Part shown: positions 47,133 through 56,332 of the stretch, piece after piece
How positions within the stretch are numbered: position 1 is the first letter of the stretch
How the letters are laid out: each line of letters opens with the position of its first letter
NCBI GenBank assembly: GCA_003327435.1
Contig: QOQV01000004.1
Location: 1,037 to 65,036 of the forward strand
DNA: 64,000 bases
From: Ignavibacteriota bacterium
GTDB lineage: Bacteria; Bacteroidota; Ignavibacteria; UBA10030; BY39
Direction: 5' to 3'
The notes under the pieces: generated by a model
The model's database searches: none
Told to the model about the DNA's origin: nothing
Seen by the model: the letters and a program-made list of their open reading frames with translations, nothing else
Translations under genes and position numbers: made by a program

Positions 47133-48920
47133 TTAATCATCTGTTGTTGCTGCTGCAATTTCATCTAAAGTGGTCGAACCTTCTAAAATTCGTTCAATAC
47201 CAGAACGTCGAAGCGTCCACATTCCATCTTTGACTGCTTGTTCACGAATTGCAGCTTCATCTACTTCGGCTCCTGATTTTACAATTATGTTTCTTATCTC
47301 ACGAGTAAAATATAATGCTTCGTGAATAGCTGCTCTTCCTTTATATCCACCGTTACATTTTTCACACCCAACTGCTTCATAGATTGTGTGGGTATCCAAT
47401 TGCTCCGGTGTAAATCCGAATTTTGTATAAACATCGTAATCCAGATCTTTTTTGGGTATTGGTCTCTTACAAAGTGGGCAAAGAGTTCTAATTAATCTCT
47501 GAGCTACAATTATATTTATTGCATAAGCAATCAGGAATGGTTCAATACCCATTTTGTACAAACGCGATATTGCGCTTGGCGCATCATTAGTATGAAGTGT
47601 TGAAAATGTTAAGTGACCTGTATTTGCAAGTTTAATTGCAATTTCAGCGGTCATTTTATCACGCATCTCTCCAACAAGAACTATATCCGGGTCGTGACGA
47701 AGTATACCGCGTAGTGCGCTTTCAAAATCCATCTTTGGACCAATCTTGAGTTGGCGTGCACCTTTAATTATGTATTCGACTGGATCTTCTACTGTCAACA
47801 CATTTACTGTTGGATCTATAACCTGATAAAGTGCTGCAATCAAGGTTGTACTTTTTCCACTTCCTGTTGGACCAGTTAATATAATAATACCCTGAGGTTT
47901 AGAGATTGCTTTATAGAAAAATTCTTTAGCTGGTCCCTGTAATCCAAGTTTGTTTAAATCTGTTATAACTTTTCGATCATCAAGAACTCGAATGACTATA
48001 CTTTCATACTTGTGTTTAAATTCTGTACCAACAATTGGCATAATGGATACACGGAATCTAATTTGATGTCCATCTATGACTCTTTGAATAAACCCGTCCT
48101 GAGATGTTTCTCTTTCAAATCTATCAACATTTTTGGATCTGTCTTTAACAACCGCAGCAATTGCTTCTGGCATGGTGTTCTCCTGTGTGTGCCAGAGTTT
48201 TAAATTTCCATCTATACGAAACAGAAAATCAGTACGATTGCCTTCTTTTGCTACGATATGAATATCACTTGCTCCCTGACGAACTGCTTCAACAAGAGCA
48301 CCTTCAACTAAATTAATTAATGCACTTTTACTTATTTCAGCTTCAAGAGCTTCTTCATCAAGGCCCTCTTCTTCTCGAACCTCAAGATTATCTATTTCAG
48401 TTTGTTCTAAAAGTTTTAAAAACTCGTTCTCAGGTGGAATAACCTGTTCAATTAGATTTTGTAAATCTTTTAATCTGCAATAGCATACCTCATATTTTTT
48501 AACTTCAAAATTCCGAGCAATTACTGGAATTTTCCTATCAGTTGGGTCTGCTGCAATGATTATTAATTTCTCCGGAACCTTTTCATCAAATTTTAAAGGT
48601 AACATTTTTACTTCTGAGAGCATGGAACGATAATTTTCAGGGAGAGAATCAACAAATTTCTTGATGAAATTAATCCTTTCCTGATCTATTTTTTCATCAG
48701 CAAGATATACTTCTCTGAAAGCATATAAACTAGCAACTTCGCGAAACACTGCATCGTGATCTACATTGAATTCCTTAACAATGATCTGTCCAAGATTTCT
48801 TCGATTCTTAAAATCTTCCTTTTCTTTAATGCGTAAGGATTTCTCGAGTATCTCGTAATCAATGATACCTTTTTTAAGCAGTGTGTATCCTATTTTATCA
48901 GTAATATCAATTTCGCGCAT
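47133..48920 (-). CDS. pilB: type IV pilus extension ATPase (PilB/GspE)
   Basis: ASDIH, FRIDG, QDG, GPTGSGKSTT, TVEDPVEY, LRHDPD..LVGEMRD, TGHL.FSTLHTNDA, CPLC...CEKC zinc site. Confidence 0.92.
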   Translation of the reverse strand: MREIDITDKIGYTLLKKGIIDYEILEKSLRIKEKEDFKNRRNLGQIIVKEFNVDHDAVFREVASLYAFREVYLADEKIDQERINFIKKFVDSLPENYRSMLSEVKMLPLKFDEKVPEKLIIIAADPTDRKIPVIARNFEVKKYEVCYCRLKDLQNLIEQVIPPENEFLKLLEQTEIDNLEVREEEGLDEEALEAEISKSALINLVEGALVEAVRQGASDIHIVAKEGNRTDFLFRIDGNLKLWHTQENTMPEAIAAVVKDRSKNVDRFERETSQDGFIQRVIDGHQIRFRVSIMPIVGTEFKHKYESIVIRVLDDRKVITDLNKLGLQGPAKEFFYKAISKPQGIIILTGPTGSGKSTTLIAALYQVIDPTVNVLTVEDPVEYIIKGARQLKIGPKMDFESALRGILRHDPDIVLVGEMRDKMTAEIAIKLANTGHLTFSTLHTNDAPSAISRLYKMGIEPFLIAYAINIIVAQRLIRTLCPLCKRPIPKKDLDYDVYTKFGFTPEQLDTHTIYEAVGCEKCNGGYKGRAAIHEALYFTREIRNIIVKSGAEVDEAAIREQAVKDGMWTLRRSGIERILEGSTTLDEIAAATTDD

Positions 48921-48942
48921 ATTGCTATTCGTTACCTTTTAT

Positions 48943-50319
48943 TTAGAAAAACATACTTATGGAATTCAAAAAGTTAATGAAAGCTCCTGGTGGTTTGGGT
49001 CTAATCATAGCCGTTTCGGACGATACAATTGTAAGAGCTGTAAGAATAACCATAATCACCATTGCCAACCAGATTTGTATATATTCAATAGCATTTTTCA
49101 TTTTATAGGATGTTTCTTTTTCATAATACTCAGCAAGTTGATGAGCTGTATTTTTGACAGTACCGGTTTCTGCTCCACTATGAAATCTGGAGATTGCTGT
49201 TTTCGTGAAAACTCCTGATGCTTCAAACGCTTCGGTAATACCGGCACCTTTTTCAACCATCAATGGGATAGCAATGTTTTTAATCTGATTTTCCATATAT
49301 CTATTACCGCAAGCTTCTGCAGCCATACGAATAACATCAATATTTTCACCAGAACCACTGTATAATGCGTGGAAAACGCGACAGAAAATTTCTATATTTG
49401 TTTTATGCAACAAAGTACCAATTACAGGAATCTTCCAGATAAAACGATCCAATACTTGCCGACCTCTTGGAGTCGTAAAAAATCGCACAGCGAGTATTAA
49501 AGGAACAAGAGTAACGATAGATATTATTATTATATGTTCAATAATAAAATCGCTCATTTTCAGAGTCGCTGCTGTCATTGGTGGCATTTCAATTTTAAAT
49601 TTTGCAAATATCTCAGCCATTGGCCTGAATATCCAGCCGATATAATAAATTACAGCTCCAATTAATGCCAGCATTGTAACCGCTGGAGTAATAAGGGCAC
49701 TCTTTAAATCCTTTTTAAACTGGGCTTGCCTTTCCAAAAATTTTGCTGTGCTTTCGTATATTTCTGCCATATTACCACTTTTAGATGCAAGCCCAAGCAT
49801 ATGAGCTGTAAATTTCCCAAATACAGCTTCCTGCTTGAGGAAAACCTTCTCACTATCCTTACCCTGTTTCAATTCGTTATTAATCTCTCTAATTGCATCT
49901 CTTAAAGTTTTGTTTTCAATATCATTGGCTAAGAGTTGTAAGATTTCGTTATAGGGTAATTTCTGACGAATCAGATCAGCACTTACTCTCACAAAAGTTA
50001 CAATCTCACTCATTGGTGGCTTGGGTTTCAGGTCAATAAGTTTTTTACGGACATAGATTACTCTAAATCCCATTTTGGAAAGTGCTTCTTCAACTTCTTC
50101 TTTTGTAAAAGCCTTTTGCTCACCCAATATTGGCTTTTCAGTCCCACGCTGCACCTTATAAATAAATGTAGTTCTTGGAGTAATGTTTACAACTTTAAAC
50201 TTTCTTTGTACAGCCATCTGCTGAGCTTTTTCCTTAGCAAGGCGAAAACCATCGGCTTCTATTATTCCTACGATGGCTTTACCACTTGTCGACAGTCCTT
50301 CTATCCTGAATTCTGGCAT
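48943..50319 (-). CDS. pilC: type IV pilus platform protein (PilC/GspF)
   Basis: Two T2SSF domains (SGN..E..E..A.F.ERQ; GAETG.V.....LAEYYE) and three TM segments. Confidence 0.9.
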   Translation of the reverse strand: MPEFRIEGLSTSGKAIVGIIEADGFRLAKEKAQQMAVQRKFKVVNITPRTTFIYKVQRGTEKPILGEQKAFTKEEVEEALSKMGFRVIYVRKKLIDLKPKPPMSEIVTFVRVSADLIRQKLPYNEILQLLANDIENKTLRDAIREINNELKQGKDSEKVFLKQEAVFGKFTAHMLGLASKSGNMAEIYESTAKFLERQAQFKKDLKSALITPAVTMLALIGAVIYYIGWIFRPMAEIFAKFKIEMPPMTAATLKMSDFIIEHIIIISIVTLVPLILAVRFFTTPRGRQVLDRFIWKIPVIGTLLHKTNIEIFCRVFHALYSGSGENIDVIRMAAEACGNRYMENQIKNIAIPLMVEKGAGITEAFEASGVFTKTAISRFHSGAETGTVKNTAHQLAEYYEKETSYKMKNAIEYIQIWLAMVIMVILTALTIVSSETAMIRPKPPGAFINFLNSISMFF

Positions 50320-50448
50320 TATTTTATCTCCAATTAATTTTCCTCATAACAATTTAATAATTAATAAATGCTTTGAAATTCTCAACTTAAGATATTCGAT
50401 AATTTCAGAGCATTCATACTGAAATTTTTTATGTCAAAAAACTCATCT

Positions 50449-50832
50449 CTACTCAAAATCTCCTGTAAATGAAAAATTGCCTAATGTACCGGTGCTGTCA
50501 AGCGTAACAATTATATTCCCGTAACCAAATTTAGAAACAGCAGTAAAGGTAATAGATTGCGGGGTCACAACATAATTAGTATAATCAGCATTTTCATTTG
50601 ATCTTAGATTCTGTGGCAAATTAAAACCATTGTAAGTCCTGCCACCACCGCCTAACGGTTCAGGTCTCAATCTATATCTGTTGGCATATTGTCCTATATT
50701 CATAAGGTCGTTAATAATTGCATTCTTATTTGCATTAACCGATGTACCCTGAAATAATCCAATACCAACCGCAATCGCTATACCGACTATGATCACACCT
50801 AATATAATTAACACCAATTGTTGCTGACCCAT
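50449..50832 (-). CDS. non-canonical type IV pilin (MGQQQ type), second copy
   Basis: MGQQQLVLIILGVIIVGIAIAVG, then an alpha1-C helix and a beta head; paralog of 50953-51357. Confidence 0.7.
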   Translation of the reverse strand: MGQQQLVLIILGVIIVGIAIAVGIGLFQGTSVNANKNAIINDLMNIGQYANRYRLRPEPLGGGGRTYNGFNLPQNLRSNENADYTNYVVTPQSITFTAVSKFGYGNIIVTLDSTGTLGNFSFTGDFE

Positions 50833-50855
50833 AATTCACCTTTCAGTTGATAAAC

Positions 50856-50908
50856 ATATACTGCCATTTACAGCTGGTGTTAATCATATCTTGTAAATGG
50901 CAGTACAT
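50856..50908 (-). terminator. long stem-loop between the two pilin genes (attenuator or mRNA stabiliser)
   Basis: Perfect 14-bp inverted repeat TACTGCCATTTACA (50859-50872)/TGTAAATGGCAGTA (50892-50905) with a 19-nt loop; weak U-tract. Confidence 0.6.
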
Positions 50909-50952
50909 CGGAATCTGTAGTTTTAATTGTTAAAGAGCTAAATTAGATTAAA

Positions 50953-51357
50953 TTATTCGAACTGATCAGTGTATGTCCACTGCGACAATCGACCAGTTGA
51001 ATTAACCACTGCTGTAACGGTTCCATATCCCTGTGAGGAAGTTGCTGTAATTGTAACATCAGTAGCTGTAACAGTTGCTGCATATGTACCGTTTTCATTT
51101 TGAGCGTATTTTGAAGGTATAGCATATGGCTGTGCCGGTGTACAACCAGAGCCATCGTATGTTCCGCCACCACCACCCATACTGCATGGACGTATCTTAT
51201 GTTGATATGCGTTCGCTGCAATGTTGTTCATATCATTAACTATTGCATCACGATTTGACTGAACACTACCTGCAGTAAACATTGAAATACCAACTGCTAT
51301 TGCGATACCAACTATGATAACGCCTAAGATGATTAATAAAAGTTGTTGTTGACCCAT
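50953..51357 (-). CDS. non-canonical type IV pilin (MGQQQ type), probable major pilin
   Basis: MGQQQLLLIILGVIIVGIAIAVG; first gene of the operon with a strong AAGGAG SD; Cys pair; Thr/Ser-rich head. Confidence 0.72.
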   Translation of the reverse strand: MGQQQLLLIILGVIIVGIAIAVGISMFTAGSVQSNRDAIVNDMNNIAANAYQHKIRPCSMGGGGGTYDGSGCTPAQPYAIPSKYAQNENGTYAATVTATDVTITATSSQGYGTVTAVVNSTGRLSQWTYTDQFE

Positions 51358-51484
51358 ATTATAACTCCTTTAATTATTTGTTAATGTTTAATTTTGTTAA
51401 TTAATTTTGAAACTTAATAATTTTGAGTATTTTGAACGCTTAATGTTTTCCATAAAGAACTATTTTTACGTCTTCTTCTATATT

Positions 51485-51501
51485 TACAATGCTCGTGCCA
51501 G
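51485..51501 (-). promoter_or_regulatory. sigma54 (-24/-12) promoter of the pilin operon
   Basis: Minus strand CTGGCACGAGCATTGTA versus consensus TGGCACG-N4-TTGC(A/T), with one mismatch in the -12 box. Confidence 0.6.
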
Positions 51502-51707
51502 GTTTGATTTTAAAACATTTTTTTCAAAAAATTAGTGAAATCAACAATTTTCTAAAATAATTCAAAAGCATTAGGTAATATTTTCCATCTCGCTTTGAAA
51601 AAATTACAAATTCGGAAAAAATTACATACCTCTAAAATTTTTTTATGACTTTTTTGTAATTCAAGAATATTTTTCTAATATTTAATTAACTTTTTAAAAG
51701 GATTGTA

Positions 51708-54149
51708 ATGAAATTCAAAGAAAAAGTTTTAATATTTGCTACTATAATTGTATACCTTGTATGTGGGTACCTATCAGTTAACAATTTAAATCTATATACT
51801 CCTGATAGCACACGGTATTACATATGGACCCAATCGTTGAGTAATTTTGAAGGGTTTAAAGATAATACACTCCCTGAACCAAAAAGATATGTAATCCACG
51901 CACCTTTTTATTCTTTATTGATGTCTCCAGTGGCTTTTATATTTCCAGGCAATCTGATTGCAATAAAATTAGCTACAATTTTTGTTGCTGGCTTTGGACT
52001 TTTTTTGTTTTTCAAGTTTTTAAAAAGATATTTTGATACTGATGTTGCAATCTATGGAACCATTTTATTATTAATCAATCCGCTTTTTTTTCTACTCTCA
52101 GGTGAGTTGCTTTCCGATGTTCCATTCCTGGTTATAATAATTGGAATATTTTTATACTCTCAAAAAATTAACGAATTAAAAACGGTTTCAAATTCAAACA
52201 TAATTGCATTTGCACTTTTGGTTTCAATTACAGTTTTATTAAGAGAAGTTGGAATTGCCTTAATGATTAGCGTTGTCCTGTTTTTCTTTATTAGAAGAAA
52301 ATTCCAAATTGCAATTACAACAATGATTATCTCTCTTGCATTTTATCTTTTGTGGATATTCAGAAATGAGTTTTTAGTTGCAAATTTTGAATTACCCGAT
52401 TTAACCAACTCAAAAATTTTAACATACCATTTCTTTACAAATTCGGAAGCTTCGCTTTTAGTTGAATTTACCGCAAGAATAAAACATAACTTTATCACAT
52501 ACTTTTCCAAAGTCGTAGCTTTGATATTTTATCCGATATATGAATCAACACAATATGATGTGATTTTTAGAAAAGAAGGAATAATTGCTGAAGTTTCAGA
52601 TTTACTCAAAATATTTAAAATTCCATTTGCTATACTTATATGGGCTCTGACAGTATATGGATTTAGAAAATTTCAAAAAGCTTCCGGGATTTACCTTCTT
52701 ATTACTCTATTCATTTTATTTTACTCACTGATAATCTTAATCTATCCAATAAACGATATTAGATTTCTTTTACCTTTACTTCCAATCTTTATATTATATT
52801 TTTTAACTGGGACAAAACATTTTTTAGAAACATTATATAGAAAATACAAAAACAGTTTATTTAAATTCGCATCTCTTTTATTAGGATTATTTTTTTTAGT
52901 TCCAAACTTTGTATGGACAGGTGAATTTATATATTTAAGCAACAGATATATGAGTTCACCGATGGAGTTTCAAAAATATCTTGAGGGTAAGAAGTATCCA
53001 CCATCCCATTTTACAAAACCACTTAATCTTGCTGGGGAGTGGATTAATGCCAATTCCAAACCTGATGCAGTTGTATATGGAATGTGGAAAGATTTAGCTT
53101 GTTGGATAGGAACAAGAAAATTAATAATTTCTGATTATTTAATTTCACCAGTTGAGTTTGATTATAAAATACGAGATTATAATGTTGATTTTTTAGTATC
53201 GCATGCTGATCGACTCGGATTTGACGAATTTGAAGTCCAGATAAGTCAATCAAAGAAATTCAAATTTAAACTCGAGAACAAATTTGGAAGATTGAATATA
53301 TATAGAGTTAGCAACTTGGATGAAATATTGCCTCTTGAACCAAAAACTGAATTCCAAAAAGCTATTTATGAGTTATTTAATTGCAATTTTATTGAAGCTG
53401 AATCAATTCTGGATTCACTTTACATTGGAAATCCACTCAACGCCAAAGTAATATTTTATAATGGTATTGTAAAATCTTTTTTAGGAAAGTTTACTGATGC
53501 TGAAAAATACTTTAAAACACTTGAGGGATTTTCACAAGCTGGTATGTTTTTAAATGAAATTAACCTATACAGACGATTAAATCAAATGATACAATTTTCC
53601 AGAACTCACCCTGAGCAATTTGCAGATTATACAACAAGATTAGCAGGTAGTTATTGGTCGCTGGGATACGAAAAATATTCATACAACTTATTGGATACTG
53701 TATTAAGATTTGATTCTTCTTTTATTCCTGCCTATATTTTCAAAATTCATTTTGCATTAAAGCAAAATAAACTTGAAGATGCAAGAAGCGCTCTTAATAA
53801 ACTCTCAAAATTAGACACCGCAAATACTTTGTTAGGGATTTACAATAACCTAATCACAAGAACCGAATCAATCCGTAAATATGATGAAAAACATATACTC
53901 GCAAATGTTTATTATTTAAATGCGAAAGATTATTACACATTAGGTGTTTATGAAGATGCTATAGATAATCTGCTATTATGTTTACGATATGATGAAAATA
54001 ATACTGATGCAATGATGTTACTCTCCGATATATACATATTAAAGCGGCGTTTTGCTCCAGCAAAAAAATATTTAGAGCAAATTATTAAATTGAATCCCAA
54101 TAATTATTCAATAAAAGAAAAATACGAGTCGTTGTTAAAGTATTTTTAA
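51708..54149 (+). CDS. GT-C fold (PMT/ArnT-like) membrane glycosyltransferase with C-terminal TPRs
   Basis: First luminal loop TPDS..Y, HAPFYSLL, LLSDVPF, REVG, RFLLPLLP, about 11 TM helices, C-terminal TPR-like repeats. Confidence 0.72.
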   Translation: MKFKEKVLIFATIIVYLVCGYLSVNNLNLYTPDSTRYYIWTQSLSNFEGFKDNTLPEPKRYVIHAPFYSLLMSPVAFIFPGNLIAIKLATIFVAGFGLFLFFKFLKRYFDTDVAIYGTILLLINPLFFLLSGELLSDVPFLVIIIGIFLYSQKINELKTVSNSNIIAFALLVSITVLLREVGIALMISVVLFFFIRRKFQIAITTMIISLAFYLLWIFRNEFLVANFELPDLTNSKILTYHFFTNSEASLLVEFTARIKHNFITYFSKVVALIFYPIYESTQYDVIFRKEGIIAEVSDLLKIFKIPFAILIWALTVYGFRKFQKASGIYLLITLFILFYSLIILIYPINDIRFLLPLLPIFILYFLTGTKHFLETLYRKYKNSLFKFASLLLGLFFLVPNFVWTGEFIYLSNRYMSSPMEFQKYLEGKKYPPSHFTKPLNLAGEWINANSKPDAVVYGMWKDLACWIGTRKLIISDYLISPVEFDYKIRDYNVDFLVSHADRLGFDEFEVQISQSKKFKFKLENKFGRLNIYRVSNLDEILPLEPKTEFQKAIYELFNCNFIEAESILDSLYIGNPLNAKVIFYNGIVKSFLGKFTDAEKYFKTLEGFSQAGMFLNEINLYRRLNQMIQFSRTHPEQFADYTTRLAGSYWSLGYEKYSYNLLDTVLRFDSSFIPAYIFKIHFALKQNKLEDARSALNKLSKLDTANTLLGIYNNLITRTESIRKYDEKHILANVYYLNAKDYYTLGVYEDAIDNLLLCLRYDENNTDAMMLLSDIYILKRRFAPAKKYLEQIIKLNPNNYSIKEKYESLLKYF

Positions 54150-54161
54150 AAATATTGCAAT

Positions 54162-55592
54162 TTACACCTTAAATACTTTGATAGTGTTCAAAACATTTTT
54201 CTCGAAGAACGGTAACCCTGCGAGTACAACATATTTATCACCTTTTTTGAGCATTCTTTTAGAAATTATTTGATTATGAATTTTATTGAATGCACTATCT
54301 GTTGAACCTTTAATCTTTGGTACAACAAAACTTTCAACGCCCCATTGAATACTCAAACGGCGAGCCACTTTGATGCTCTCTGTAAATCCAAAAATACGCG
54401 CAGCGGGTCTATACTTTGAAATAAAAGTTGCAGTTCTCCCTGAATAGGTAACAGCAATTATTGCCTTTGATCCAACTTCATCAGAAAGCATAACAGCCGA
54501 TTCTGCAAGCGCATCATAATCTTCTCTTTGCTTATATTCGTAAACTTTTCTATTATGGCATCCTGTTTCAATAGCTTGTATTATCTTATTCATCATTTCG
54601 ACGGCTTCAATGGGATAATTTCCAATTGAAGTTTCGCCACTTAACAATACAGCATCTGCACCATCCAAAACAGCATTTGCTACATCACTAACTTCAGCTC
54701 GAGTTGGAAGCGGATTTTTTATCATCGATTCAAGCATTTGAGTAGCTACAATTACAGGTTTTGTATACTCTCTGCATTTTTTTATTATCTCCTTTTGAAT
54801 CAAAGGAACATTCTCAATCGGAATTTCAATGCCAAGGTCTCCTCGTGCTATCAGAACACCATCGGACTTTATTATTATATTATCCAAATCATTAATTGCT
54901 TCCTGCTTTTCTATTTTTGCAAGAATGTAAGGAATCTTTTTGCTAAATTTCTTGCTGTGTTTGATTATAAACTCTCTTAGTTCATCAATATCATTTGATG
55001 ATCTCACAAACGAAAGTGCGATAAAATCTATATCATTTTTCAGTCCAAATAATATATCTTTTTTATCTTTATCGGTAATTGAAGGAACACCAAGTTTGAC
55101 ATTTGGAAGATTAATACCTTTATGTGAACTTATTTCACCAGTATTTAAAACCTTACAATATATCCTTTTATCCTCAACTTTCAATACTTCAATTTTAATT
55201 TTACCATCATCGATATATAATTTATCTCCCCTTTTTAATTCCTTATGAAGGTGTTCATAATCTACAGAAATAAATTCTGGATTATCATTGACTCGAGTGG
55301 ATAATACAATTTGACTGTTTATAAATACTTTTACAGGTTCTTTAATTAGCTTACCCACCCTAATTTTAGGACCTTGCAGATCCTGAATGATAGCAATGGG
55401 TTGACCGCTTTTAGCTTCAGCAATTCTTAAATTTTGTATGTACTTTCTATGTTCGGAATAATTACCATGCGAAAAATTCAATCTAACTGCATCCATCCCG
55501 TTTGACATTAACTTTAAAATTGAGGATACTTCTGCGGTTGCCGGCCCTAAAGTGCAAATGATTTTTGTTTTGGGAATATATTTTAACTTCAT
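54162..55592 (-). CDS. pyk: pyruvate kinase
   Basis: TKIICTLGPAT, RLNFSHG, DLQGPKIR, AKIEK, ARGDLG, ATQMLESM, PTRAE.SDVANA. Confidence 0.97.
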   Translation of the reverse strand: MKLKYIPKTKIICTLGPATAEVSSILKLMSNGMDAVRLNFSHGNYSEHRKYIQNLRIAEAKSGQPIAIIQDLQGPKIRVGKLIKEPVKVFINSQIVLSTRVNDNPEFISVDYEHLHKELKRGDKLYIDDGKIKIEVLKVEDKRIYCKVLNTGEISSHKGINLPNVKLGVPSITDKDKKDILFGLKNDIDFIALSFVRSSNDIDELREFIIKHSKKFSKKIPYILAKIEKQEAINDLDNIIIKSDGVLIARGDLGIEIPIENVPLIQKEIIKKCREYTKPVIVATQMLESMIKNPLPTRAEVSDVANAVLDGADAVLLSGETSIGNYPIEAVEMMNKIIQAIETGCHNRKVYEYKQREDYDALAESAVMLSDEVGSKAIIAVTYSGRTATFISKYRPAARIFGFTESIKVARRLSIQWGVESFVVPKIKGSTDSAFNKIHNQIISKRMLKKGDKYVVLAGLPFFEKNVLNTIKVFKV

Positions 55593-55593
55593 A

Positions 55594-56331
55594 TTATCTA
55601 ACTTCCTTAATTACTTTAACTAGCTCTGGTAAAATTTCTCCTGACTTGCCCTGCAGGAATTCGTCAACTATTGATGTAATCTGGGTTGGTTCAGGATTTA
55701 TTTCAATTACAAAAGCACCACTTTCCTTAGCTATATACGGTAATGAAGCAGCAGGATAAACGACTCCTGATGTTCCTATTGTAAAAAATATATCGCAAGT
55801 ACGAGTAGATTTTTCAGCTTCATTCCATTGATCCTCAGGTAGGAGCTCTCCAAACCAAACTACACCAGGTCTAATAAGATCATTACACACATCGCATTTA
55901 GGAACTTCAAACTTCGAAAATATAATTTCATCTGAAAATTCTTTTTTACAACCAATACAATAGTTTCTTTGAATATTACCATGAAGTTCAAATATTTTTT
56001 TACTTCCAGCTCTTCGGTGCAGGTTATCAACATTTTGGGTAATTATTGCAAATTCTGGAAATATATTTTCCATTTCTACAAGTGCATAGTGTCCTGGATT
56101 TGGTTTTACATTTGCGATTAGCTGCTTTCGGTATTTATACCATTCCCAAACAATTTCAGTATTTCTAATAAATGCATTAAAGTTTGCAAGCTCTTCAGGT
56201 CGGAATTTTTTCCATAAACCATCATCTCCTCGAAATGTAGGGACCCCGCTCTCCGCAGAAATTCCCGCACCCGTTAACACTGCAACCGATTGAGCGGATT
56301 TCAATACATTAATTAATTTTTCGGATAACAC
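55594..56331 (-). CDS. cobB: NAD-dependent protein deacylase (class III sirtuin)
   Basis: GAGISAESGVPTFR, WY..R desuccinylase pocket, TQNVD.LH, ELHG, CxxC...CxxC, GTSG.VYPAA. Confidence 0.92.
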   Translation of the reverse strand: MLSEKLINVLKSAQSVAVLTGAGISAESGVPTFRGDDGLWKKFRPEELANFNAFIRNTEIVWEWYKYRKQLIANVKPNPGHYALVEMENIFPEFAIITQNVDNLHRRAGSKKIFELHGNIQRNYCIGCKKEFSDEIIFSKFEVPKCDVCNDLIRPGVVWFGELLPEDQWNEAEKSTRTCDIFFTIGTSGVVYPAASLPYIAKESGAFVIEINPEPTQITSIVDEFLQGKSGEILPELVKVIKEVR

Positions 56332-56332
56332 T

